Of a stretch of DNA of 64,000 nt, positions 1-13,247 are shown one piece after another. The notes beneath the pieces are model-generated. The model was not told where the DNA came from. It searched no databases and worked only from the letters and a program-made list of their open reading frames with translations. Every line of letters starts with the position of its first letter. The stretch's first letter is position 1. The translations under genes were made by a program, and so were the position numbers. Location: assembly GCF_009914755.1 (NCBI RefSeq), contig NC_060930.1. One strand, 5' to 3'. This DNA comes from the human T2T-CHM13v2.0 reference genome, Homo sapiens.

Positions 1-2970
1 CAGAGTTTGAATTTACTCCAAAATATTAGGGTCTACATTATGTTTTTCCTATAGAGGCATATTGGGGGCTCCAAAGGGTGCCTCTATTTGTGACAGAATT
101 CAAATACCATTTAGATATGCTAGCTTATGATGTCTAATTGATGGGACAGCTTTTACCACAACCTGGACCTATTGCTATCCCTCTTTTGCTCTGGGCAACA
201 TTCAAAACTGGTATCCTTGTGGATTACTCAGGAAATGGATAACAGCAGTGTTCCCAAATGTAGCATATGCTTCCTCTAAAGTCAAAAGACATGTTAAATG
301 AGGTGCCTCATTCTTTATGGTAGGAAGTTCAAGGTGCAGTTAACTGCATTTCAGAGGGGATATCCCACATGATCTATAACAAAGGATTCCCAGAATCTTT
401 GAATTTGGCAGAATCCCAAATCTTCATGGTATTTGGGCAGAATTCCAAAGCTCTGTGGGTTTTATTTTCTACACACTAAATCACAAGTGTCTTACTAAGG
501 CATCTAGGTGTTTGCAACCTCCTGCTTATCAGGTCTAATTAATATAATGTCTTCACTGTAATGGATGAGATGTTTTCTGAGATTTCAATGTAATCAAGAT
601 TTCTCTGGACTATATTATGATAGAGATCAGGAGAGTTGATATAGTCATGAGATAAGACACTGAAGGTATACTTTTGTTCCTACTATTTAGATAAAGATGA
701 ATTACTTCTTATTTGTCCCTAATTCAGATAGGGAACAAAACAAAATAAAATGAAATCATTTTCTAGGTCAATAACTCATCTCAGCAGCCAGCAGCTGTGT
801 TGGTGGTACCGATATTTCAGGGTCATTCTAAAGTATCCATTTGGCTTTTGTATCAGCCAAACTAAAGAGCTAAATGAGGATGGGATAGAAATCAAATCAC
901 CATTCCTGTTTCTTTCAATCCTTGATAGTAGCACTAGTTTCTGCAATTTTTCCCCCAGGGATATGATATTGCTTTCTGTTTATTATTTGACAGGGAAAAT
1001 TCCAGGGGCTCCAGTGGGCTCTTCTCAACATAATGACATCAATGGCATCAGTCAGGAAACCGATGTGAGGATGTTTCTAGTTGCTAAGTATGATTATTTC
1101 AGGTAGTCAGCCATGAACACAGAAAATAATGACTAGGAAGGGAGGTAGCCCATCAACCACTCTAAGACAGATATAGGCCAAGACTCCATTCATTTATTTT
1201 ATGACTTTGTGCCCATACTAATTAGTGCTAAATTGGGGCAATAACTAATGGCTCCTAGGTAGTATCATTACTTTTCTTTCCTAGTTCACTCTCACCTTGT
1301 TAAATGGCCATGGGTTCTCTCGGGGAAGGCTCGGAGGAAGAATTACAGTGTATCCTTGTGTCTACATTTCAGGGTGATTCCTTAACAGAAGCTAGCCTCC
1401 ATCTCAGAAGGCTCTGGGTTTATGAACGGGGTATGAGGTCATGAACTCCTACTATAGCACTTTGATTTGATGTATTGCCTACTAGAAGAAGAAATGGTCT
1501 GATAACATAGACCAAGTAGTATTTTAGAAGGCTGACAATCTGTTTCATTTGTAAGGTCCTCCTAAAAATGTTAGCCACAATAAAAAAATCCATGTGGGTC
1601 AAAACACTTGTATTACCATTCTGTCCTTGTGGTTTGTTGGGGGTAATTGTTCCAGTCTCATGCCCAAAACTGAGCACTGCCACCTGGCCTCTAACACTTC
1701 AAGACCCCATAATTCTCATTAAGATTAGAGAGCCCAAATTTTCGCAGCATCTCTGGTCTACAGAAAGTAGTCATCACAGAACTCTTAGGAGATGTGATTG
1801 CTTAATACCAAAGTATTCTTATTGCTTTGGAGAAGGAAGTATTCTTCAACCTTTTTGTAGCTATAGTGATGGTGTGTTGGAATAAGTTACATAGAATGGA
1901 TTCACTCCAGAATGTTCACCTCCCTATGCCTTTGGATGTTCCTCTTTGTGCCAGAGTAGTCCCAGCATCTCAACCTCATTATTGTAGGTCACCACTGAGC
2001 ACAGGTTTCACCAAAGTGTTAGAGCCCATCCCAGATTCTTCCACTGACAAATTATATCTAGAATTTCAGGTGAGTTTTCTCATATTAATAAATTCTTCCT
2101 GAACTAATCTCATATTTTTCTCTCCTTGATTTAACCCCTTCAGAATAAATTTCTAAACACACTTTTCCAGTTGTCAATGTCCTAACACATCTCTGGTTTA
2201 GAATGTATCGCATCCTTGAGGATACCTTGCACTTCTCCTTCTTGCTATGTAAGCAATGAGTGATGATTGGGGTTAACCTTGAGAATGAGAATCTCCTTGC
2301 AAGGTAAGTGCTGCTGATGAAGTCACTGAAAGTAGTTTTTGCAGACAGGTTGGAGGATTGCTTCAACTCCCAAAAAAGATTCACGGGCCTCTAAGAATTT
2401 AAGTTAAGGACCCCATCTCAAGTCTCTGGGGTCCTCTTTTTCCAACTAGTGGCTCATTATAACAAGTTTCTAAGGTTACAACTGGGTCCCTGTTTACAAT
2501 GTACTAGGACCCTGAGACTTGACATGGGCTAGTAACCCTAATTTTTTCATGAACTTTTGAAGCCCACTGAATTGATATATTTACCAACATTGAAACTCTG
2601 CTCATACCATCACATCTTGGTCCTGATCATCAATTATGTTTGTTCTGCAGATATACAAGACAAGGGATACATTTAAAGCTGATTAGTTCTCCCTCATGCT
2701 TTGAGTTGAGTATTAAAGGCACTAAGCTGATATTTTTATTTTTGTAAGCTCTTTAACAGAGTGAGAAGCAGCCTGTAATCTTTATTACTATAGTGATCAA
2801 ATGGCACACACATAATCTTCCAAAGCATTGCTCTCCACTGATTACTCTATACGCCCTCTCCCCAAACCCCAGCAAGGAAATCGTCTGTATATTATAAAAT
2901 AATATGTGTGGAATCCACACTAGAATTTTAACGTGAGGGGCTGTTTCTTGAGGCTACTCCTGGTACCAAT
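1..2970 (-). mobile_element. Ancient ERVL-class (class III) internal region, degraded gag-like sequence
   Basis: The minus strand has ERVL gag-like motifs: agaggccaggtggcagtgctc (~1672-1692, RGQVAxL) and ggaaaaagaggaccccagagacttgagatgggg (~2411-2443, GKEWDPETWDG-like). The region abuts a Leu PBS and an LTR. No intact ORF. Confidence 0.65.
2951..2968 (-). promoter_or_regulatory. tRNA-Leu-type primer binding site of the ERVL element
   Basis: The minus strand reads TGGTACCAGGAGTAGCCT. The first 13 nt match the ERVL/MaLR PBS TGGTACCAGGAGT, and it lies directly next to the LTR. Confidence 0.7.
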
Positions 2971-2972
2971 TC

Positions 2973-3445
2973 GCGCATTGCCAGGGGCCCAGCAGGAGAC
3001 AGAAGGCACACTAATGGAATTCTGAGGAGAATTTAATGAGTGTACTAGCTAGAGATATGTGGCATTTGGATTAGAAAACAAACAAGAGAAGCAGAGGGAC
3101 CCCCTGACTGGCAACATCAAGGTGTTACCATTCCTAAACCTGAAGGGGTGGGGAACAGTTCACCAAAGCCCTGTGAGCCAAAGCCTTGGAGGAGGCGCTG
3201 CCTGGCAGGAGCTGAAATCAGAGAGAGTCACATCCAATGTAAGAATCCTAGCATTAAAGCAGGCATGAGCAAGCCAATAACTGGCCTGACCTCTCTCTTC
3301 CTTCCTTCTGATTCCTTGTTAGGCTTTTCATCAGCCCATGCCATGCACTCTGTAGGGTTCAGCCTTTCAGGCATACACAGAACACAGAGAGAATGGATCT
3401 GGGTCAGTGGAGAGTGGAGGGTGGCAAAGAGAATAATTTGCATGT
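2973..3445 (-). mobile_element. ERVL-class 5' LTR (LTR40/LTR41-like)
   Basis: ggggccccagcaggagacagaaggcacact...gaggagaatttaatg and the distal gagaatggatctgg resemble this LTR group. It is adjacent to the PBS. Confidence 0.5.
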
Positions 3446-4759
3446 TGTAGTGATGGTAGGAGCTGTCTATGCAGTAGTGGTGAATTCAAGGAGAGAGTCC
3501 TATTGCATTCGGGAATCCTTTTAGTATTGCTCCTTGTGGAGAATGTATTCTTTCAGGCTCATTGTATCTCAATAAGAAATCCCTTTCCATGCCATATCCT
3601 ACCTTGGTATGCCAGAAATTCTTTCCTGTGGGCCTCATGGTCCCCAGGCAAATCGGGATATATGACTAGAAACCGCTTGGGTGTCTTTAAGTATTCTGAC
3701 GGTGAAGGTGATTATATATGGTTGTAGCATATGAAAGCCTCCAGAGAGATCGTTGCTAGTGCACCTGAGTTCAAGCCAAGAGATCCTGTTAGAAGGTGAA
3801 GTAAAAGAAAATTAAGGTGAGCATTACTTGGAAGCAAAATTAATTTATAATATGATGTGGCAGCAGAAAAGCTGAATGTTTTTTGAAGATCTTTATGAAG
3901 AAGAATCACAGCCCTAAATATTTCTTCCCACACAATTCAGTTACAATGCTTCAGATATCACATCTGACTTTGAATGTCTGAGTAACAATAAGTTGCAGAC
4001 GTTTGGTGGATTAGTAGAAAGGAAAAGTGTGCAATTAAATAAACGAAAAAAGCGTTACTGGTGAAGAAATACCTGCCTCCAAAACAGAGCGAAATAGATT
4101 GATCTCTATGCCCCAAATTATAAAAGGTGTAATGTGTTTAAGACACATATTAAATGGTATGATAGAGACTACAGGGAAAATATAACTTGGGCATGAGAAT
4201 GACTACTGACACTCGGGTATCAGTAATACAATCTTTTTGGTAATACACAGAAAATCAATAATGCACAGAAGAAAACCTTGTAATACATAGATGTGTGGAC
4301 GGGATGTTGATTGTAAACTGTAACTTGTTTAGTCACAGGTGTGCATTCCTTTCTATGATGTATTCCTTAACTCTGTGAATGTGAAAATTCAAACTGGGCG
4401 TAGACCTGCAAAATGAGGAAACAGGAAATTTTACTTTCTATTTCCCATAAGTAGAACAAATTTAGCTGTATTTTGCTAGAGGCAAGTTTGCTGAACTTGA
4501 ATAACCTTTACATTGATTGCTATAGACATCTAGATATGATTGCAAAGCATTCTCTGTGGTGTTGCAGTTTTACACAGTGTAGGTTTTTGGTCATTGTGTC
4601 AATCTACATTGCTTGCCTCAGACTATCTCTATTTGAGAAGCTCTTTTAAATAGAAAATGGCCTTTACTTGAGTTACTGGATTTCACATTGCTATGCTGAG
4701 GGGGAGGGCATGCAAACTTCGAAGCTAGTTGAACGAAGTTGCAAACTTTGAAGTTAGTT

Positions 4760-4950
4760 GATCTTGCTTTCTTCACTTACTAGCTGTGTGACATTGGGCA
4801 CATTTTTAGCTCCTGTAAGCTTTGGCTTTCTTTTCTGTAACAGGGGATGATTAACACTTATAGTTATGTTTTTAGGATTAAGGGGGATAATATATATAAA
4901 ACATCCAACATGGCTGGCATTTAGGGAGACTCAATAAATAGAAGCTGCTG
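4760..4950 (+). mobile_element. MIR SINE
   Basis: MIR core cacttactagctgtgtgacattgggca...tctgtaacaggggatgat, followed by the ctcaataaat tail. Confidence 0.8.
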
Positions 4951-6129
4951 AAATTCTTCTTCATTGTCTTCTTATTTCTCAATTAAGGAATCAATATGCT
5001 TTCCCTGTGGAGTAGAGTTGTGGTACTTCCAGGATAGGGAATGTTGGTAGGGCAGAGACTTGTCTCTGTTGCCAGAGTTAGACACCATTTACCTAAAGTA
5101 GCTTCTCCATTTCTACTTCTCAGAATAGACTGATTCAGCACCCCCTGGAGACTTTAACTTCTTCCCTAATAAATGAAAAGTTTGAATCTGAAGTCAGGTA
5201 ACATTTTGCCTTAAAGCATTGTCTTAAATGGATTTTTCTTTCCTGCTTTAAAGAAAGTCAGGAAAGATTTATTATAAATGCTCTCAGGAGGCCTTTTCCA
5301 AAATGCTTCCCCTTAAAGTGGTAGTCACAAAAATGAGCACTGAATGCTGCCTTGGAGATTTAAAAATCAACAGCAAAACCATTTTCTGCATGTCTCTTAC
5401 TGAATTGGGGATGAGTTTGAATATGCTCAAAATTAACCTAAAACTTCACATTTGATTAAATTAAGATCCACATCTGAAGACATGGATAACAATTCATTTT
5501 TAATAAAAAGAACCAATTATAAAAAGGAGATATATTAGAAAGCTGAGAAGCAAGCCAAATTATATTAGGTAGCTGTACAGTTACATCTTTAAGGCCAGTA
5601 TCTCTTTAAGAGATAATTTCATCAGTATTTATTTAAATTACTTTATATATTACATTCGGCTGAAATAGCAATTCTGAGTTTAATTCAGATAACATAAATA
5701 AGTTTTGCTTTTATTCTTTGACATTTTATAAATCTTTGCAAATAATGTTAATTTTTTCTGGGGGATGGGGTGGGGATAAAAATGAAGAACATTAAATTTG
5801 CCTTTTCAGCTGCCTTTTTCTGTCTGTAGGCTCTGAGCGCATTTTGAATTTTTGAAGGAAGAAAAAAGCTCACAGTTTGCACACTTGCTTTATTTCTACT
5901 CCCTATCTGCTTAACAACCATTGAGAAGGATTGCTACCTATCTAGAGATCCTTCCTAAGTTGACCTTTTCTCTGAAACATAATAATAGCCTAATAGATGA
6001 GCAAATAAATGTTAGGAAATGTTAGCTCTCCTTGGTAGATGTGATCATTTATTTCCTTTTCCAGTTTTATAATATTTTATAATCAGTTAATACAGAATGG
6101 TAAACTGAGAAATATGCCAGACTTGGCAT

Positions 6130-6255
6130 AAAAACTCCTAGATTCTATTCCTGGTAATTCAATTTATTTGACACTGTGTCTTGCACAAGTCACTTAGATT
6201 TTTCTGAACCTCAGTGTCTCTATCTGTGAAATGGAAATACCAACTCCTGCCTATG
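6130..6255 (+). mobile_element. MIR SINE fragment
   Basis: caagtcacttag...tctgaacctcagtgtctctatctgtgaaatggaaat matches the MIR core. Confidence 0.75.
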
Positions 6256-6260
6256 ATGAA

Positions 6261-6810
6261 TGTAGTAAATTTGTTTGGCCTTAGCATCCATTTCCAGCTT
6301 CTTTGGTCTGACCTTCTTATTCTACAGAGACTGGGGAGCTAAAAAAAAAATCCATACTTCCCAGGGTTCCTCAATGCTAAGGTTTGGAAGCAAATTGCGT
6401 CCTATCATTTAGAAGTATTTATTCAAGCTTCAGAAAGTGGGGCTAATATGGAAGTCATATTCCTGCAGCTTTTGTTTTTTTCTTCTAGAAAATAGGTTGC
6501 AAAGCTATGGGGTTTTCCTTCAATAGTGTTCCAGCATTCATCTCTAGTTAGTAAAGGTGGCAGCAGAAGCAGTGGCAGCTTTCGCATTTCCAGGCCACAG
6601 CTATAGCAAAATGTTCTTGGCTTGACAATACCGGTGATGGCCTCTTGCTTTTTATCTTCCAATTTTGGCAAAATCTGCAGTCCTCCTAGTGGTTCAGTTG
6701 TGCAGTGTTTGGGGCTTGTTCCTGGAGACCCAGCTTAGAATGTGCTCTTCCCAAACTTCTAATTATTTTGTAAACATATATTTTATTGAATTAAACCCAT
6801 TTTTCTTAAC
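6261..6810 (+). mobile_element. LTR33-like solo LTR (ERVL)
   Basis: Begins tgtagtaaatttgtttggccttagcatccatttcc...cagagactggggagctaaaaa...ttcccag, which is typical of LTR33. Confidence 0.6.
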
Positions 6811-6898
6811 ATACATAAGTGTGTATATTTATGCTTTTGAATGTTAATACTTGGTCTTATTTTAAGATGCTTTGTTAAAATGCTATATGGACATAGGA

Positions 6899-6901
<3 letters not shown>

Positions 6902-6940
<39 letters not shown>
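6902..6940 (+). repeat. (AC)n microsatellite, ~19 units
   Basis: Direct reading of the sequence. Confidence 0.98.
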
Positions 6941-6941
<1 letters not shown>

Positions 6942-6972
6942 CAAGATTTGCGACATTCTTTGTCTAGTAGAT

Positions 6973-7102
6973 CTTTCTTTTCTTTTCTTTTTTTGTGATA
7001 GTGTCACTGTCACCCAGGCTGGAGTGCAGTGGCACATCGTGGCGATCACAGCTCACTGTAGCCTCAAACTCCTGGTCTCAAGCGATCCCCCTACTTCAGC
7101 CT
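6973..7102 (-). mobile_element. Old Alu fragment (AluJ/FRAM-like right-arm 3' part)
   Basis: T-rich tail followed by gtcacccaggctggagtgcagtggc...gctcactgtagcctcaaactcctggtctcaagcgatc. Confidence 0.85.
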
Positions 7103-8336
7103 CTTATCATGACTAGTGGCATTTAACTGGAACATACCTTGTAATGTTTTCTGCTTACACCCTGGTAATGGGGTCAGGGCAGAGTGAATTGTGGTACAAG
7201 AGGGTGGCCTTATGCTTCTCAAGCAACTTAAGGTCTGGCTATGTAGGGGTACTTGGTCTTGAGTAATTTCCTTGCTCCTGGGCTCTATTCTTCATATCAA
7301 CTGCCTTTGATTAGAATTTTCTGCAGCTCTTGTGAATTTCAAGAATCTCAAAGTCAGGGTACTGGGTTATTTCTTGCTTTCCCTTTTTTTCTTATAAGCA
7401 ATGTCCTTTGGGAAACTAAGGTTAGAAGTTTGAAATTGTAAAGGATTGCGCCAATTCTTAACATCATTGGTTATTCTGCGATGCAATCCTGGTATATTTC
7501 CTGCAAGAAATCAAATTATTCAGTTTGAAAATATGATGATTCTTAAAACATAACAGGAAAGCTGTATGTGCTAAATCAGCACTCTGGGGTCTCAAAATTT
7601 CTGAGTTATGGTTAGCTAATCTCATTATTACCACTCATTTAATAAAGCCACCTATAATATTTGCAACTTTGGATTTGTGGTGGGTATGGTAAGTAAATCG
7701 TGATTTTTTTCCTTAACCTTGGGGAACTTAAGATTTTTAATCAGTGGACTGCTCTGCTCTGATCAAACACAATCAATTTTAAAGGAAAAGTGTTCCTAGT
7801 ACTATTCTGAATTGATAAGCACTTACCAAAAACCAAATGTTAGTTTTACATTAGTAATGTATGCATATTTTATACTTCCTTATATCAAAATGATGCAAAA
7901 GAGGGTTTTGACTGCAACATATGGTAGGAATTAAATAATACCTGGTAACTGCCTTAACTGCCTGGTGGCTTTATTTTTTTATTTTTTTGTTAATTTCTTT
8001 TTATTCTTTATTTTTCTATAGGTTATTGGTGTTTGGTTACATAAGTAAGTTCTTTAGTGGTGATTTGTCAGATTTTGGTGCACCCATCACCTAAGCAGTA
8101 TACACTGCACCCTATTTGTAGTATTTTATCCGTCATTCCCCTTTCAACCTTTCCCCCAAGTCCCCAAAGTCTATTGTATCATTCTTATGCCTTTGCATCC
8201 TCATAGCTTAGCTCCCACATATCAGGGAGAACATACGATGTTTGGTTTTCCATTCCTGAGTTACTTCACTTAGAATAATAGTCTCCAATCTCATCCAGGT
8301 CACTGTTAATTCCTTTTTATGGCTGAGTAGTAATCC

Positions 8337-8338
<2 letters not shown>

Positions 8339-8392
<54 letters not shown>

Positions 8393-8522
8393 CACACACA
8401 CACCTACCATATATATACCTACTATATATATATACACCATATATATATTTATATATATACCTACCATATATATACCTACTATAGTATATACTATATATAA
8501 TATACTATATATATATGTATAC
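8339..8522 (+). repeat. (TA)n and TA/CA-rich expansion inside the L1PB 3' end
   Basis: About 23 pure TA units followed by degenerate tacctactatatata units. Confidence 0.95.
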
Positions 8523-8540
8523 TACAGTTTCTTTATTCAC

Positions 8541-11500
8541 TCATTGATTCATGGGCATTTGGGTTGGTTCCACAACTTTGCAATTGCAAATTGTGCTGCT
8601 ATAAACGTGTGTGCAAGTATCTTTTTCGTATAATGACTTTTCCTCTGGGTAGATACCCAGTAGTGGGATTGCTGGATCAAATGGTAGTTCTACTTTTAGT
8701 TCTTTAAGGAATCTCCACACTGTTTTCCATAGTGGCTGTACTAGTTGACATTCCCACCAGAGGTGTTCCCTGATCACCACATCCATACCAATATCTACTG
8801 TTTTTTGAGTTTTTGATTATGACCATTCTTGCAGGAGTGAGGTGGTATCGCACTGTGGTTTTGATTTGCATTTCCCTGATCATTAGTGATGTTGAGCATT
8901 TTTTCATATGTTTGTTGGCCATTTGTATATCTTCTTTTGAGAATTGTCTATTCATGTCCTTAGCCCACTTTTTGATGGGATTGTTTGTTTTATTCTTACT
9001 GATTTGTTTGAGTTCGTTGTAGATTCTGGATATTAGTCCTTGGTCAGATGTATAGATTGTGAAGATTTTCTCCCACTCTGTGGGTCATCTGTTTACTCTG
9101 TGGACTGTTCCTTTTGCCGTGCAAAAGCTCTTTAGTTTAAGTCCTAGCTATTTATCATTGCTTTTGGGTTCTTGATCATGAAATCCTTGCCTAAGTCAAT
9201 GTCTAGAATGGTTTTTCCAATGTTTTTGTCTAGAATTTTTACAGTTTCAGGTCTTAGATTTAAGTCCTTAATCAATCTTGAGTCGATTTTTGTATAAGCT
9301 GAGAGATGAGGATCCAGTTTCATTTTCCTACATGTGGCTAGCCAATTATCCTAGCACCATTTGTTGAGAAGGGTGTCCTTTCCTCACTTTATGTTTTTGT
9401 TTGCTTTGTCGAAGATCAGTTGGCTGTGAGTATTTGGGTTCATTTCTGGGTTCTCTATTCTGCTCCATTGGTCTATGTGCCTATATTTATACCAGTACCA
9501 TGCTGTTTTGGTGACTATGGTCTTATAGTATAGTTTGCAATCAGGTAGTGTGATGCCTCCAGATTTGTTTTTTTGCTTAGTCTTGCTTTGGGTATGTGGG
9601 CTCTTTTTTGGTTCCATATGAAGTTTAGAATTGTTTTTTCTAATTCTGTGAAGAATTATGGTGGTATTCTGATGGGGACTGCATTGAATTTGTAGATTGC
9701 TTTTGGCAGTATGGTCATTTTCACGATATTGATTCTACCCATCCATGAGCATGGGATGTGTTTCCATTTGTTTGTGTCATCTATGAGTTCTTTCAGGAGG
9801 GTTTTAGGAGGGTTTTTTAGTTTTCCTTGTATAGGTCTTTTGCCTCCTTGGTTAAGTATTCTTAAGTTTTTTATTTTCAGTTATTGTAAAAGGGGTTGAC
9901 TTCTTGATTTGATTCTCTGCATGGTTGCTGTTGGTGTATAGAAGAGCTACTGATTTGTGTACATTAATCTTGTGTCTAGAAACTTTGCCGAATTCTTTTG
10001 TCACTTCTAGGAGCTTTCTGGAAGAGTCTTTAGGGTTTTCTAAGTAAATGATCATATTGTCAGCGAACAGTGACAGTTTGACTTCCTCTTTACCAATTTG
10101 GATGCCCTTTATTTATTTCTCTTTCCTGATTGCTCTGGCTAGGACTTCCAGTACTATGTTGAAGAGGAGTGAGAGTGAGCATCCTTGACTTGTTCCGGTT
10201 CTCAGAAGGAATGCTTTCAACTTTTCCCCATTCAGTGTTATTTTCGCTGTGGGTTTGTCATAGATGGCTTTTATTGCATTAAGATATGTCCCCTGTATGC
10301 CGATTTTGCTGAGAGTTTTATCGTAAAGTGATGCTGGATTTTGTCAAATGCTTTTTCTGCATCTATTGAGATGATGATGTGATTTTTGTTTTTAATTCTG
10401 GTTTATGTGGTGTTTTATTGACTTGCATATGTTAAACCATCCCTGCATCCCTGGTATGAAACTCACTTGTTCATGGTGGGTTATCTTTTGATATGTTGTT
10501 GGATTTAGTTAGCTAGTATTTTGTTAAGGATTTTAGTGTCTATGTCCATCAGAGATATTGGTCTGTAGTTTTCTTTTTTGACTGTGTCTTTTCATGGTTT
10601 TGGTATTAGGGTATGCTGGCTTCGTAGAATGAATTAGGGAGGGTTTCCTCTTTATCTTGTGGAATAGTGTCAAAAGATTTGTTACCAATTCTTCTTTGAA
10701 TGTCTTGTGGACTTCTGCTGTGAATCCGTCTGGTCCTGGCCTTTTCTGTTTGTAATTTTTAAATTACCATTTCAATCTCACTGCTTGTAATTGGTCTGTT
10801 CAGGGTATCCAGTTCTTCCTGATTTAAGCTAGGAGGGCTGTATTCTTCCAGGAATTTATCTATCTCTTTTAGGTTTTCTAGTTTATGTCTAAAGGTGTTC
10901 ATAGTAGCCTTGAATGATCCTTTGTATTTCAGTGATGACAGATGTAAATCTCCTGTTTCATTTCTTAATGAGGTTATTTGGATTTTCTCTCTTCTTTTCT
11001 TGGTTAATCTTGCTAATGCACTATCAATTTTATTTATCTTTTCAAAGAATGAGCTTTTTGTTTCATTTATCTTTTGTATTTTTGTTTGTTTCAGTTTTAT
11101 TTAGTGCTGCTCTGATCTTGGTTATTTCCTTTCATCTGCTGGGTTTGGGTTTGGTTTGTTCTTGTTTCTCTAGTTTCTTGAGATGTGACCTTAGAAGGTC
11201 AGTTTAGGTACTTAGGTACTTAGGGCTATGAGCTTTCCTCTTAGCACCACCTTTGCTGTATCCCAGAGGTTTTGATAGATTGCATCATTATTGTCATTCA
11301 GTTCGAAGAATTTTTTAATTTCCATCTTGATTTTTGTTTTTTCCCTAATGATCTTTCAGCAGCAGGTTATTTAATTTCCATGCATTTGCATGGTTTTGAG
11401 GATTCCTTTTGGAGTTGATTTACAGTTTTATTCCACTGTGTTCTGTGAGAGTGCTTGATATAATTTCAATTTTTTAAAATTTATTGAGGCAAACTTTGTG

Positions 11501-12117
11501 GCCAATCATATGGTCTATCTTGAAGAAACTTCCATGCACTGTTGAATAAAGTGTGTATTCTGTGGTTGTTGGATAAAATGTTCTGTACATACCTGTTAAG
11601 TCCATTTGTTCCAAGGTATAGATTAAACCCATTGTTTCTTTGTTGACTTTCTGTCTTGATGACCTGTTTAGTGCTGTCAGTGGAATATTGAAGTCTGCCA
11701 CTATTACTTTGTTGCTGTCTATCTCAATTTTAGGTCTATTCGTAATTATTTTATAAATTTGGGAGATCCAGTGTTAGGTGCGTATATATTTACGATTGTG
11801 ATATCTTCCTGTTGGACAAGGCCTTTTACCATTATATAATGTCCCTCTTTGTCTCTTTTAACTGCTGTTGCTTTAAAGTTTGCTTTGTCTGACATAAGAA
11901 TAGCTAACCCTGCTCACTTTTGGTGTCTATTTGTGTGAAATCCCTTTACCCCTTTGCTTTAGGTTTATGTGAGGTTTCGTGTGCTAGGTGAGTCTCCTGA
12001 AGACAGCAGATAGTTGGTTGGTGAGTTCTTATCCATTCTGCAGTTCTGTATCTTTTAATTGAAGCATTTAAGCCATTTACATTCAATGTCAGTACTGAGA
12101 TGTGAGGTACCATTCCA
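8541..12117 (-). pseudogene. Disrupted L1 ORF2 (endonuclease/RT) of the L1PB element
   Basis: ORF fragments include DFNIPLTALNRSSRQK (EN), [16 protein letters not shown] (RT), [14 protein letters not shown] and [15 protein letters not shown]. Many stops and frameshifts. Confidence 0.9.
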
Positions 12118-12199
12118 TTTATCGTGCTATTTGTTACCTGTGTACCTCTTTTTGTTGTTGTTGTTGTTGTTTTTGCTAATTAACTTGTATTTTTGTTTT

Positions 12200-13212
12200 A
12201 TAGGTCCTGTGTGATTTATGCTTTAAAGACGTTCTGTTTTGATGTGTTCCCAGGATTTGTTTCAAGATTTAGATAGAGCTCCTTTTAGCAGTTCTTGTCT
12301 TGGTGGCTTGGTAGTGGCAAATTCTCTTAGCCATTTGTTTTTCTGAAAAAGACTGTATCTTTCCTTCATACATAATGCTTAGTTTTACTGGACACAAAAT
12401 TCTTGGCTGATAATTATTTTGTTTGAGGAGGCTAAAAATAGAGCCCCAATCATTTCTAGCTTATAGGGTTTCTGCTGAGAATTCTGCTGTTAATCTGATA
12501 GGCTTTCCTTTGTAGGTTACCTTGTGCTTTTGTCTCAGAGCTCTTCAGATTCTCTCCTTTGTTGTAACTTTAAATAACTTGATGACAATATGCCTAGACA
12601 ACGATCTCTTTGTGATTCATTTCACAGGTGTTCTTTGTGCTTCTTGTATTTGGATGTGTAGGTCTCTAGCAAGGCCGGGGAACTTTTCCTCGATTATTCC
12701 CCCAAATATGTTTTCCAAAATTTTAGATTTCTCTTCATCCTCAGGAACACCGATTATTCTTAGGTTTGGTCATTTAACATAATCCCAGACTTCTTGGAGG
12801 CTTTGTTCAGATTTTCTTATTCTTTTTTCTTTGTCTGTGTTAGATTGGGTAAATTTGAAGGCCTAGTCTTCAAGCTCTGAATTTCTTTCTTCTACTTGTT
12901 CAGTTCTATTGCTGAGACTTTCCAGAGCATTTTGCATTTCTATAAGTCTGTCCAATGTTTCCTGAAGTTTTGATTGTTTTTTCTTTATGCTATTATTTAC
13001 TTGAATATTTCTCCCTTTACTTCTTGTATCATTTTTTGAATTTCCTGGCATTGGACTTTGTTTTTCTCTGGTGCCTCCCCGATTATCTTAATTACTAACC
13101 TTCTGAATTCTTTTTCAGGTAAATCAGGGATTTCTTCTTGGTTTGGATCCATTGCTGGTGAGCTAGTGTGATTTTTTGGGGGTGTTTTGTCATATTACCA
13201 GAGTTGGCTTTC

Positions 13213-13243
<31 letters not shown>

Positions 13244-13247
13244 CACA
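12200..13247 (-). pseudogene. Disrupted L1 ORF1 of the L1PB element
   Basis: Coiled-coil fragment IEMQNALESLSNRTEQVEERNSELED (12863-13051). The N-terminus is interrupted by a (TG)n/poly-T tract at ~13213-13242. Confidence 0.8.

Noticed and set aside
750-2384. ORFs of 87-118 aa near the window start
   Set aside because: These are chance or antisense frames in degraded ERVL internal sequence.
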